From Eledone cirrhosa (Eukaryota), in contig OZ024756.1 of assembly GCA_964016885.1 (NCBI GenBank), positions 12,338,001 through 12,402,000 on the forward strand: 64,000 nt of DNA. The letters run 5' to 3'. Both the position numbers and the translations under genes were made by a program. Each line of letters opens with the position of its first letter. Position 1 is the first letter of the stretch. The notes under the pieces are model-generated. The model was not told where the DNA came from, searched no databases, and saw nothing but the letters and a program-made list of their open reading frames with translations. This document shows, in pieces, positions 51,489 through 63,245 of this stretch.

Positions 51489-51915
51489 AGAGGTTATATT
51501 TAATTTGTTGGGATACAACAAGCAAATATTTTTATAATTGATATAAAGCACTCAACAAATTAATGGAGTAAAAATACGATATATTAACAAATGGAAACTA
51601 TATTTATAAAACCATATTTATTTCATTATACATATTTCAAGGACACCAAAGCAAATTATGGTGCCCTTTCATCAGATAAAATATAATATAGATCAGTTTT
51701 ATAAACAAATATTGACATACCCTTAAAGAATGCGACCATGTCGGTTGGAAGCTCCCGGATAGGCATTCTTTAAGGGTATGTCAATATTTGTTTATAAAAC
51801 TGATCTATATTATATTTTATCTGATGAAAGGGCACCATAATTTGCTTTGGTGTCCTTGAAATATGTATAATGAAATAAATATGGTTTTATAAATATAGTT
51901 TCCATTTGTTAATAT

Positions 51916-51960
<45 letters not shown>

Positions 51961-54900
51961 TCATCATCATTTTACGTCCGCTTTTCCCTGCTTGCAAGGG
52001 TGGGACGGGAACTGATTCTGGCTTGATTTCTACAGCTGGATGCCCTTCCTAACACCAACCTCATTTACAGTGAGTGCTGGGTGCTTTTTTTGCCGTGGCA
52101 CCTCCATGACCACTTTGCAGTGGAATGATATGGACCCCAGTCCCTATCATCTCATTTCTACAGCTGAGTAAACTGGAGCAATGTGAAATAAAGTGTCTTG
52201 CTCAAGGAAACAACACATCACCCGGTCTGAGAATTTTTATATAATAATATATATATATAAAAATTAGGATTGGTGCTCTGAAATAGCGATGTATACATGA
52301 ATGTATGTATAGTATATTTGGCAATATGCCGTATGTTTAATTAAAAACATTTAGAAGACCTTGCGCTATTATTTTTAAAGTAGTGACTATGTCACTTACT
52401 TCTTTTGTCTGCAAAGGAAGGGAGAGAAGCTGACACACTGTAATGTGGCCATGTTGGTGTCACGACAAAAAGCACCCAGTACACACTGTAATGTAGTCAT
52501 GTAGATTATCAATATATTGTGTAATACCTTCGACAGGTGTGTTTCCAATATAGTCTTAGGTCAGAAGATCCTAACCTTTGTGTGGCTGAGGTAAAGTGAC
52601 TGTCTGAAATCCAGGAAAAAGAGTAAATGAGTAAGTAAGTAGTGTAGAGTCATTAACTCACCCATTATATGCAATGATGTATCGAATTAGCTCGTGTCGC
52701 TCTATTTCATTGAAGTTTCCATAGAGAAAGAAGTGTTTATCCGACAGGAAGTTTGGCAGGACAGGTAACTCTGATTCGGAGGAATCACTATCGCTGTTTT
52801 CATCAACATCTGTGGCAGCACCAAAAGCCTCATCATCATGCCCTTTATCTTTGTCATCATCATCATCATCATCATCATTGTCCACACTACTGTCAATTTG
52901 CTGGGTGTCTGCTGTGCGAAGGAGTTTAGATGTCGATGGACCAGCATCAGATAAAACGGACAATTCTGACCGTTTTTTCCCTGCAGTTTTGATTCTATAA
53001 AATAAACATTAAAAAAAGGTCAATTTCTTTTTAACCCTTTACCATTTACATTACTCTATATTTACTATTGTATTTTCATGGTAAAGTCTTTACCTCACAT
53101 AGCATTTACATTACTCTATATATACTATTGTATTTCCACAGTAAAGGTTTTACCTCACATAATACCTCACATAGCATTTACATTACTCTATATATACTAT
53201 TGTATTTCCACAGTAAAGGTTTTACCTCACATAATATCTCACATAACATTTACATTACTCTATATATACTATTGTATTTCCACAGTAAAGGTTTTACCTC
53301 ACATAATATCTCACATAACATTTACATTACTCTATATATACTATTGTATTTCCACAGTAAAGGTTTTACCTCACATAATATCTCACATAACATTTACATT
53401 ACTCTATATATACTATTGTATTTCCACAGTAAAGGTTTTACCTCACATAATATCTTACATAATATTTACATTACTCTATATATACTATTGTATTTCCACA
53501 GTAAAGGTTTTACCTCACATAATATCTCACATAACATTTACATTACTCTATATATACTATTGTATTTTCACAGTAAAGGTTTTACCTCACATAATATCTT
53601 ACATAATATTTACATTACTCTATATATACTATTGTATTTTCACAGTAAAGGCTTTACCTCACATAATATCTCACATAACATTTACATTACTCTATATATA
53701 CTATTGTATTTTCACAGTAAAGGCTTTACCTCACATAATATCTTACATAATATTTACATTACTCTATATATACTATTGTATTTTCACAGTAAAGGCTTTA
53801 CCTCACATAATATTTACATTACTCTATATTTACTATTGTATTTTCACACATATATATGTCATCATAATAAATACACACACATACACATATATATATGTCA
53901 TCATCATAGTAAATACACACACACACACAAATATGTTATCATAATAAATACACACACACATATATATGTCGTCATCATAATAAATACACACACACAAACA
54001 TATATATGTCATCCTCATAGTAAATACACACACACATGTCATCATAATAAATACACACACATATGTCATCATCATAAATACACACACACACACACATATA
54101 TCATCATAACACACACACACACATCATCATAACACACACACATATATATCATCATCATAACACACACACACACATATCATCATAACACACACACGCACAT
54201 ATATCATCAAAACACACACACACACACACACATCAAAACACACACACACACACACACCATCATCATCATATACATACACACACACACATATCATCATAAC
54301 ACACACACATTTATATCATCATAACACACACACACACACATATATATCATCATAACACACACACACATATATCATCATAACACACACACACACATCATCA
54401 TAACACACACACATATATATCATCATCATAACACACACACACACATATCATCATAACACACACACGCACATATATCATCAAAACACACACACACACACAC
54501 ATCAAAACACACACACACACACACCATCATCATCATATACATACACACACACACATATATCATCATAACACACACACATTTATATCATCATAACACACAC
54601 ACACACACATATATATCATCATAACACACACACACATATATCATCATCATCATAATCACCATTTAATGTCAATTTTTCCAAGCTAGCATGGCTTGGACGA
54701 GTTGTCCTATTATGAGCGAAATCAGATCAGACAACAAAGAAACACACAGTTCACACAGTAATGTGGCCGTGTGGGTAACACGGTAAAAACCTCCCAGTCC
54801 ACGCTGTAATGTGGCCGTGTATGTAACACTGTAAAAACCTCCCAGTCCACACAGTAATGTGGCCCTGTGGGTAACACGGTAAAAAGTTCCCAGTCCACGC

Positions 54901-57900
54901 TGTAATGTGGCAGTGTGGGTAACACGGTAAAAACCTCCCAGTCCATACTGTAATGTGGCTGTGTATGTAACACGGTAAAAACCTCCCAGTCCACGCTGTA
55001 ATGTGGCCGTGTATGTAACACGGTAAAAAGTTCCCAGTCCACGCTGTAATGTGGCCGTGTGGGTAACACGGTAAAAACCTCCCAGTCCACACTGTAATGT
55101 GGCCGTGTAGGTAACATGGTAAAAACCTCCCAGTCCACACTGTAATGTGGCCGTGTAGGTAACACGGTAAAAACCTCCCAGTCCACACTGTAATGTGGCC
55201 GTGTAGGTAACACGATAAAAACCTCCCAGTCCACACTGTAATGTGGCCGTGTAGGTAACACGGTAAAGATCTCCCAGTCGACACTGTAATGTGGCTGTAT
55301 ATGTAACACGGTAAAAACCTCGCAGTCCACACTGTAATGTGGTCGTGTATGTAACACGGTAAAAACCTCCCAGTCCACGCTGTAATGTGGCCGTGTAGGT
55401 AACACGGTAAAAACCTCACAGTCCACACTGTAATGTGGCCGTGTAGGTAACACGGTAAAGATCTCCCAGTCCACACTGTAATGTGGCTGTGTATGTAACA
55501 CGGTAAAAACCTCCCAGTCGACACTGTTATGTGGCCGTGTGGGTAACACGGTAAAAAGTTCCCAGTCCACACAGTAATGTGGCCGTGTGGGTAACACGGT
55601 AAAAAGTTCCCAGTCCACACAGTAATGTGGCCATGTGGGTAACACGGTAAAAAGTTCCCAATCCACACAGTAATGTGGCCGTGTGGGTAACACGGTAAAA
55701 ACATCCCAGTCCACACAGTAATGTGGCCCTGTGGGTAACACGGTAAAAAGTTCCCAGTCCACACAGTAATGTGGCCCTGTGGGTAACACGGTAAAAAGTT
55801 CCCAGTCTACACTGTAATGTGGCCCTGTGGGTAACACGGTAAAGAGTTCCCAGTCCACACAGTAATGTGGCCCTGTGGGTAACACGGTAAAGAGTTCCCA
55901 GTCCACACAGTAATGTGGCCGTGTGGGTAACACGGTAAAAAGTTCCCAGTCCACACTGTAATGTGGCCGTGTGGGTAACACGGTAAAAACCTCCCAGTCC
56001 ACACAGTAATGTGGTCGTGTATGTAACACGGTAAAAACCTCCCAGTCCACACTGTAATGTGGCTGTGTGGGTAACACGGTAAAAACCTCCCAGTCCACGC
56101 TGTAATGTGGCCGTGTGGGTAACACGGTAAAAACCTCCCAGTCCATACTGTAATGTGGCCGTGCGGGTAACACGGTAAAAACCTCCCAGTCCACACTGTA
56201 ATGTGGCTGTGTATGTAACACGGTAAAAACCTCCCAGTCCACGCTGTAATGTGGCCGTGTATGTAACACGGTAAAAAGTTCCCAGTCCACGCTGTAATGT
56301 GGCCGTGTGGGTAACACGGTAAAAACCTCCCAGTCCACACTGTAATGTGGCTGTGTATGTAACACGGTAAAAACCTCGCAGTCCACACTGTAATGTGGCC
56401 GTGTATGTAACACGGTAAAAACCTCCCAGTCCACGCTGTAATGTGGCCGTGTAGGTAACACGGTAAAAACCTCACAGTCCACACTGTAATGTGGCCGTGT
56501 AGGTAACACGGTAAAGATCTCCCAGTCCACACTGTAATGTGGCTGTGTATGTAACACGGTAAAAACCTCCCAGTCGACACTGTTATGTGGCCGTGTGGGT
56601 AACACGGTAAAAGGTTCCCAGTCCACACAGTAATGTGGCCGTGTGGGTAACATGGTAAAAAGTTCCCAGTCCACACAGTAATGTGGCCGTGTGGGTAACA
56701 CGGTAAAAAGTTCCCAGTCCACACAGTAATGTGGCCGTGTGGGTAACACGGTAAAAACATCCCAGTCCACACAGTAATGTGGCCCTGTGGGTAACACGGT
56801 AAAAAGTTCCCAGTCCACACAGTAATGTGGCCCTGTGGGTAACATGGTAAAAAGTTCCCAGTCCACACTGTAATGTGGCCCTGTGGGTAACACGGTAAAG
56901 AGTTCCCAGTCCACACAGTAATGTGGCCCTGTGGGTAACACGGTAAAGAGTTCCCAGTCCACACAGTAATGTGGCCGTGTGGGTAACACGGTAAAAAGTT
57001 CCCAGTCCACACTGTAATGTGGCCGTGTGGGTAACACGGTAAAAACCTCCCAGTCCACACAGTAATGTGGTCGTGTATGTAACACGGTAAAAACCTCCCA
57101 GTCCACACTGTAATGTGGCTGTGTGGGTAACATGGTAAAAACCTCCCAGTCCACGCTGTAATGTGGCCGTGTGGGTAACACGGTAAAAACCTCCCAGTCC
57201 ATACTGTAATGTGGCCGTGCGGGTAACACGGTAAAAACCTCCCAGTCCACACTGTAATGTGGCTGTGTATGTAACACGGTAAAAACCTCCCAGTCCACGC
57301 TGTAATGTGGCCGTGTATGTAACACGGTAAAAAGTTCCCAGTCCACGCTGTAATGTGGCCGTGTGGGTAACACGGTAAAAACCTCCCAGTCCACACTGTA
57401 ATGTGGCCGTGTAGGTAACATGGTAAAAACCTCCCAGTCCACACTGTAATGTGGCCGTGTAGGTAACACGGTAAAAACCTCCCAGTCCACAGTGTAATGT
57501 GGCCGTGTAGGTAACACAATAAAAACCTCCCAGTCCACACTGTAATGTGGCCGTGTAGGTAACACGGTAAAGATCTCCCAGTCCACACTGTAATGTGGCT
57601 GTGTATGTAACACGGTAAAAACCTCGCAGTCCACACTGTAATGTGGCCGTGTATGTAACACGGTAAAAACCTCCCAGTCCACGCTGTAATGTGGCCGTGT
57701 AGGTAACACGGTAAAAACCTCACAGTCCACACTGTAATGTGGCCGTGTAGGTAACACGGTAAAGATCTCCCAGTCCACACTGTAATGTGGCTGTGTATGT
57801 AACACGGTAAAAACCTCCCAGTCGACACTGTTATGTGGCCGTGTGGGTAACACGGTAAAAAGTTCCCAGTCCACACAGTAATGTGGCCGTGTGGGTAACA

Positions 57901-58758
57901 CGGTAAAAAGTTTCCAGTCCACACAGTAATGTGGCCGTGTGGGTAACACGGTAAAAACATCCCAGTCCACACAGTAATGTGGCCGTGTGGGTAACACGGT
58001 AAAAAGTTCCCAGTCCACACAGTAATGTGGCCCTGTGGGTAACACGGTAAAAAGTTCCCAGTCCACACAGTAATGTGGCCCTGTGGGTAACACGGTAAAG
58101 AGTTCCCAGTCCACACAGTAATGTAGCCGTGTGGGTAACACGGTAAAAAGTTCCCAGTCCACACTGTAATGTGGCCGTGTGGGTAACACGGTAAAAACCT
58201 CCCAGTCCACGCTGTAATGTGGCTGTGTGGGTAACACGGTAAAAACCTCCCAGTCCACACTGTAATGTGGCCATGTAGGTAACACGGTAAAAACCTCCCA
58301 GTCCACACTGTAATGTGGCCGTATAGGTAACACGGTAAAGATCTCCCAGTCCACACTGTAATGTGGCCGTGTGGGTAACACGGTAAAAACCTCCCAGTCC
58401 ACACAGTAATGTGGCCGTGTAGGTAACACAGTAAAAAGTTCCCAGTCAACGCTGTAATGTGGCCGTGTGGGTAACACGGTAAAAACCTCCCAGTCCACAC
58501 TGTAATGTGGCTGTGTGGGTAACACGGTAAAAACCTCCCAGTCCACGCTGTAATGAGGCCGTGCAGGTAACACTGTAAAAAGTTCCCAGTCAACACTGTA
58601 AACGTGGTTGGTGTTAGGAAGGGCATCCAGCCGTAGAAAACCTGCCAGATAGTCCTATATGAGCGAGACATGGTCACCCAACCAACCTTGCCTCAAGTGG
58701 GACAACGCCCGTCTAACCCATGCTAGCGTGGAAGATAGACGGTAACCGATGATGATGA

Positions 58759-58789
<31 letters not shown>

Positions 58790-61434
58790 ATGATGATGGA
58801 TCAGGTTATGAAAGTGGCAGAAAGGATATTAGCACAACTAATTAGAGAAAGGATCAAACTAGATGAGATGCAGTTTGGTTTTGTGCCTGGGAAGAGTACA
58901 ACAGATGCCCTCTTCTTGGTGAGACAATTGCAAGAGAGGTTCTTAGAGAAAAATAAGCCACTATACTTAGCCTTTGTTGACCTAGAGAAGGCCTTTGATA
59001 GGGTACCCCGATCTGTCATGTGGTGGTCTCTAAGGAAGCTAGGTGTTGAGGAATGGCTTGTAAGGACAATGCAAACTTTGTACAGAGGTTCTCTCAGTAA
59101 AGTCAGGGTAGGAATGGAGTTTAGTGAGGAATTCCAGATACAAGTAGGAGTACATCAAGGTTCGGTCCTCAGCCCGCTCTTGTTCATTATAGTCCTCCAA
59201 GCCATAACAGAGGAGTTTAAGACTGGCTGTCCATGGGAACTTCTCTATGCTGACGATCTGGCTCTTATAGCAGAATCAGTAAAGGAGCTAGAGAATAATT
59301 TCTGGCTTCCTCTGCTGACGACGAAGGGTTTTTCCCTGCGTACGAAAGGCCGGTTGTACGATGCCTGTGTGAGGAGCGCGATGCTGCATGGTAGTGAGAC
59401 ATGGGCAGCAACTGCAGAGGATATGCTAGAGAGAAATGAGGCAAGCATGAATGTGTTGAGAGAGAAACTGTATCTGAGAGGGATAGAATGTAGTGTACGG
59501 GAGAGGAGACTGAGATGGTATGGACATGTGATGCGCATGGAGGATGACCGATGGGTGAAGAAGTGCCATGAAATGCCAGTTGAAGGAAGACGTGGTAGAG
59601 GTAGAGCACGAAAAACATGGACGGAGGTGGTGAGAACAGACCTCAGATCGTTGAGGCTCACGGTGGAGATGACGAAGGACCGTGACAAGTGGAGAGATGC
59701 TGTGCTGAATAAGACCCGTCCCACCCTTGCGAGCAGGGAAGAGCGGACGTAAAATGATGATGACCATGTCTTGCTCAACACAACTACTTTTGTTGGCGTC
59801 AGTATGTCCTTCCAACCACATCTAGTGTGGACTGTGTGGCTTACTATACAGCATCCAGCCCACCCCCTTCCCCACCACCATCAGTTACCTTCTCACTTCA
59901 TCGTCAGTGTCTTCTTCAGAAAGTCTAACATCTCCTTCTTCATCAGATTCTGGCTCTGAAATGAAATGAAAATGAAATGAAAAAGAAATGTTAATGAAAT
60001 GTTACAGCTCACACTTATGTAGGTTTAGCTAGCCTCATATGAGGTTTCTTGGCTGTTTTAGCCCTTTACCATTTACATTACTCTTTATATACTATTGTAT
60101 TTTCATGGTAAAGGCTTTACCTCACATAATATTGAATCTACGAGATTTTGATATTATCTATTTTGAGAACAATACCTTAACATAAGTATGAGCAGCCGGT
60201 TACAGCCTGTTTGGACAGAAAACGATAAGAGAATTCTGGCCATATATGGCTGATTTAAATGTTAAAGGAAGGATTAATGACAGAGGACCAAGTTCCCTCA
60301 TGTTGTTTATACAGCTCACACCAATGTAGGTTTAGCTGGCCTCCTACAAAGTATCTCATAGGAGGTTTCTTGGTTGTTTTAATGATAGGAGCCTGGTCCT
60401 ATCATGTTGTTTATACAGCTCACACCAATGTAGGTTTAGCTGGCCTCCTACAAAGTATCTCATAGGAGGTTTCTTGGATGTTTTAATGATAGGAGCCTGG
60501 TCCTATCATGTTGTTTATACAGCTCACACCTATGTAGGTATAGCTGGCCTCATATAAGGTTTCTTGGGCATTTTAATAATATGTCTCAGTCCTATAATGT
60601 TGTATCTCAGATTTCTTGGATGTTTTAAAGATAGGGAGCCCAGTCCTGTCATGAAAAATGTGAAATGAAGCACTCACATGACCTCACCACCTCCCACTCA
60701 CATGGCCTCACCACCTCCCACTCACACGACCTCACCACCTCCCACTCACACGACCTCACCACCTCCCACTCACTCACATGACCTCACCACCTCCCACTCA
60801 CATGGCCTCACCACCTCCCACTCACACGACCTCACCACCTCCCACTCACTCACATGACCTCACCACCTCCCACTCACATGGCCTCACCACCTCCCACTCA
60901 CACGACCTCACCACCTCCTATTCACACTCACATTCACAAAATGTTACCATGTCCTACTCACACTCACATTCACAAAATGTTACCATGTCCTACTCACACT
61001 CACAAGACCTCACCACCTCCTGCTCACACTCACATTCACAAAATGTTACCATGTCCCACTCTCACTCACAAGACCATCTTCACTCACCCTCCATGGATGG
61101 CAAGTATTCAGGATCACTTTTCCTCTTCAGCAACCGCAGCTCTTCTGAATGTCCCTTCTTCTTCTCCTCCTCCTCCAATGGCTGTGTCTGGTCTTCCTCC
61201 TCCCCCTCCTCTATTGGCTGTGTCTGGTCTTCCTCCTCCCCCTCCTCTATTGGCTGTGTCTGGTCTTCCTCCTCCCCCTCCTCTATTGGCTGTGTCTGGT
61301 CTCCCTCATCTTCCTCCTCCACTGGCTGTGTTTGCTGCTCCTCTTTTTTCTTCTTTTTCACACGCTCTTTGCCTTTCTTCTCATCATCATCATCATCATC
61401 ATCCTCATCCATTGGTTTCTCCTCCAGTTGATAT
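36552..61434 (-). CDS. XRCC1: DNA repair protein XRCC1, 3' part (5 exons; 5' exons beyond the right edge)
   Basis: Exons 61434-61088, 59955-59889, 52994-52662, 41321-41246, 36668-36552 join in frame via GT-AG. They encode 'EEDTDDEVRR' (cf. XRCC1 GDTEDELRR) and BRCT2 'ELPVLPNFLSDKHFFLYGNFNEIERHELIRYIIAYNG-ELEDYMNGKVDFVVTSEQWDDNFDE-ALSNYPQLTFVHPKWLYSCHLKNKWVPYQLHIVTP'. Confidence 0.95.
36760..37880 (+). mobile_element. RTE LINE 3' half (decayed) with C4HC3 finger and (GAT)n tail
   Basis: GIHQGLVLSPLLF, CPWELLY, RLRWYGHV, TRPTLASREKRT*. Confidence 0.9.
38010..39436. repeat. 45-bp minisatellite (about 32 copies)
   Basis: Unit translates as MLKDVLEDDTGRPAT; intronic. Confidence 0.95.
39740..39961. 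mobile_element. piggyBac-type MITE copy
   Basis: TTAA TSD; same body as 5160-5445. Confidence 0.78.
40300..41037 (+). mobile_element. Head-to-tail cluster of about 4 SINE family B copies
   Basis: GGCGGTGGATTGGCAGTA heads near 40300, 40504 and 40847; B boxes; ATT tails. Confidence 0.82.
41246..41321 (-). CDS. XRCC1: XRCC1 BRCT2 exon
   Basis: ttcag|T GAA CTT GAA GAC TAT ATG ... GAT GAG|gtcagt; 76 nt. Confidence 0.95.
41368..50805. repeat. 50-bp minisatellite, about 9.4 kb and about 189 copies
   Basis: Unit cctagtaccttgtccaYYctatcagttgctagtttcagggtcacattaac. Confidence 0.98.
51619..51683 (-). ncRNA. Mirror copy of the hammerhead ribozyme motif
   Basis: Exact reverse complement of 51813-51877 in the left arm of the palindrome. 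Confidence 0.75.
51813..51877 (+). ncRNA. Minimal type I hammerhead ribozyme motif (Penelope-pLTR-like)
   Basis: Stem I tattttat/atgaaata; CTGATGA; stem II aagggcacca/tggtgtcctt; GAAA; near-palindromic stem III tatgta; predicted AUA cleavage after 51869; AATAAA at 51874. Confidence 0.75.
51958..52234 (-). mobile_element. SINE family A, 5'-truncated
   Basis: Matches the other copies; lacks the A box. Confidence 0.85.
52662..52994 (-). CDS. XRCC1: XRCC1 exon: CK2/FHA-binding linker and start of BRCT2
   Basis: tag|A ATC AAA ... AAT GG|gtgagt; FGAATDVDENSDSD and ELPVLPNFLSDKHFFLYG. Confidence 0.95.
53035..53848. repeat. About 69-bp tandem array from the subterminal part of the TTAA MITE
   Basis: Begins ttaa|ccctttaccatttac; the same unit is amplified at 17540-17883. 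Confidence 0.9.
54742..58600. repeat. 48-bp minisatellite (about 80 copies) inside a retroelement 3' segment
   Basis: Unit cacactgtaatgtggccgtgtgggtaacacggtaaaaacctcccagtc; followed by the LINE/SINE tail to about 58760. Confidence 0.96.
58797..59763 (+). mobile_element. RTE LINE fragment with internal deletions
   Basis: RT motifs with YADD; lacks the finger region; (GAT)n tail. Confidence 0.92.
59889..59955 (-). CDS. XRCC1: XRCC1 exon (EPESDEEGDVRLSEEDTDDEVRR)
   Basis: tttcag|AG CCA ... AGA AG|gtaact; 67 nt; conserved DT[DE]DE.RR motif. Confidence 0.9.
60298..60605. repeat. About 103-bp tandem repeat, about 3 copies
   Basis: tcatgttgtttatacagctcacacc...gtccta. Confidence 0.85.
60672..61086. 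repeat. 24-bp cactcacatgacctcaccacctcc repeats
   Basis: Directly after an XRCC1 donor site. Confidence 0.88.
61088..61434 (-). CDS. XRCC1: XRCC1 exon: end of BRCT1 plus acidic linker with QTQP repeats
   Basis: cag|A TAT CAA CTG ... ATG GAG G|gtgagt; 347 nt; phase matches the next exon. Confidence 0.85.
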
Positions 61435-61721
61435 CTGAAGCAGAAGATAAGGAGTCTTAAAAAAATACATGTAAAATTCCGTTATAACAAAATTTTCAGT
61501 ATAACAAAATTTTTTTCAACCCCTGACGTAATAACAAACAATTTGTTTCAGGTGATTTCGTTCATCATCATCATCATCATCATCGTTTCATTTTACGTCC
61601 CGCTTTTTCCCTGCTTGCAAGGGTGGGACGGAAACTGATTCTGGCTTGATTTCTACAGTTGGATGCCCTTCCTAACACCAACCTCATTTACAGTGAGTGC
61701 TGGGTGTTTTTTTTGCTGTGG

Positions 61722-61787
<66 letters not shown>

Positions 61788-62019
61788 AGGCGGTTTGTAT
61801 AATAATATATTTTTATTTTATCATTCTGTCTGCTTCTTGGTTGAATATTTCAAACAAATGTGGTTTTTCAACCCTTGTACTTTTAGACACACGGTTTACT
61901 GTGTTTCTTACTATATATTATTAATCGGCTCAGTATTTTTATACTTGGAGCTTAATAGTTACAGGGTTCCAATTAAGTTTTAACTCTAATTTTCATATAT
62001 ATATATATATATATATATA

Positions 62020-63245
62020 CGAGGTGTGTCAGAAAAGTTCCAGGACTGATGTCACAAAAGATTTATTTCAAACCCAAACTTCACACTAAGAGTTTTCTCA
62101 TTCAAAGTAATCCCCCTGGAGTATGTAACTGTAATCTTAGCTCTCTGCAGCGATCAAACTTTTTTCTTCATAATTTTATATATAAATGGAGGCACATGGC
62201 TTAGTGGTTAGGGCATTGTGCTTGCAATCGAAAGGTTGTGAGTTCAATTCTCAGACCGGGTGATGTGTTGTTTCCTTGAGCAAGACACTTTATTTACTCA
62301 GCTGTAGAAATGAGATGATAGAGACTGGGGTCCATATCATTCCACTACAAAGTGGTCGTGAAGGCGCCATGGCAAAAAAGCACCCAGCACTCACTGTAAA
62401 TGAGGTTGGTGTTAGGAAGGGCATCCAGCTGTAGAAATCAAGCCAGAATCAGTTCCCGTCCCACCCTTGCAAGCAGGGAAAAAGCGGGCGTAAAATGAAA
62501 TGATGATGATGATGATGTCCTCTGTTTCAGGTCGTCAAGCAATGAGCACAGAGCAACGAACAAACTTGAAAACTCCATCAGAAGCACTGGGATTGCTGCA
62601 GCAAGTGTATGGAGATGAGACGATGTCACGCTCACGTGTTTTTGAGTGGTGCAAGAGGTTTAAAGAAGGACGCGAGGACGTGGAAGATCACCCCAGGAGC
62701 AGAAGGCCCTCAACAACCAGGACTGAGGTCAACGTTGAGCGCGTCAGGCAGATGGTGCGTAGCAATCGTCGGCTGACTGTTCAACTGATGGCAAATGAGC
62801 TGGGCATGAATCGGGACAGCGTCTGGAAGATTCTCACTGAAGATTTGGACATGCGGAAAGTCTGCACGAAGATGGTGCCCAAACTGCTGAACGATGACCA
62901 GAAGGGTCGACGCATGCAGGTGTGCCAGGACATCCTCGAGCGTCTTGAAACCGAACCAGAGTTGCTAGGGACAGTCATCACTGGTGATGAAAATGGATCT
63001 TCAAGTACGACCCGAAGGGGACCCGTTTTGAAGACGTGGACGACATCAAAAAGGCCGTGACGACGGAATTGCGGAGGATCCCGGAAGAATCCTTCCAGGA
63101 GTGCATGCAAGCGTGGCAGAAAAGGATGGAAAAGTGCATTAGACTCCAGGGGGATTACTTTGTAGGAGAAAACTCTTAGTGTGAAGTTTGGGTTTGAAAT
63201 AAATCTTTTGTGGCATCAGTCCTGGAACTTTTCTGACACACCTCG
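62020..63245 (+). mobile_element. Mariner element with 103-bp inverted termini, deleted catalytic core and nested SINE
   Basis: TA-flanked; QVYGDETMSRSRVFEWCKRFKEGRE, KMVPKLL, ITGDE then jumps to KGTRFEDVDDIK...KCIRLQGDYF. Confidence 0.9.
62188..62517 (+). mobile_element. SINE family A copy nested in a mariner element
   Basis: Matches the other copies. Confidence 0.88.

Larger units (their letters stand above)
51574..51922. repeat. 160-bp inverted repeat with 29-nt spacer (probable Penelope-like inverted pLTR remnant)
   Basis: Arms 51574-51733 and 51763-51922 with one mismatch; (TA)n tracts on both sides. Confidence 0.9.

Noticed and set aside
53068-54132. 354-aa and 288-aa hydrophobic repeat ORFs
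   Set aside because: Tandem amplification of a MITE subterminal segment plus CA/CAT repeats.
54722-58677. 1283-aa and 956-aa ORFs as repeat proteins
   Set aside because: Translations of a 48-bp retroelement-derived minisatellite inside an XRCC1 intron; the flanking exons join in frame without it.
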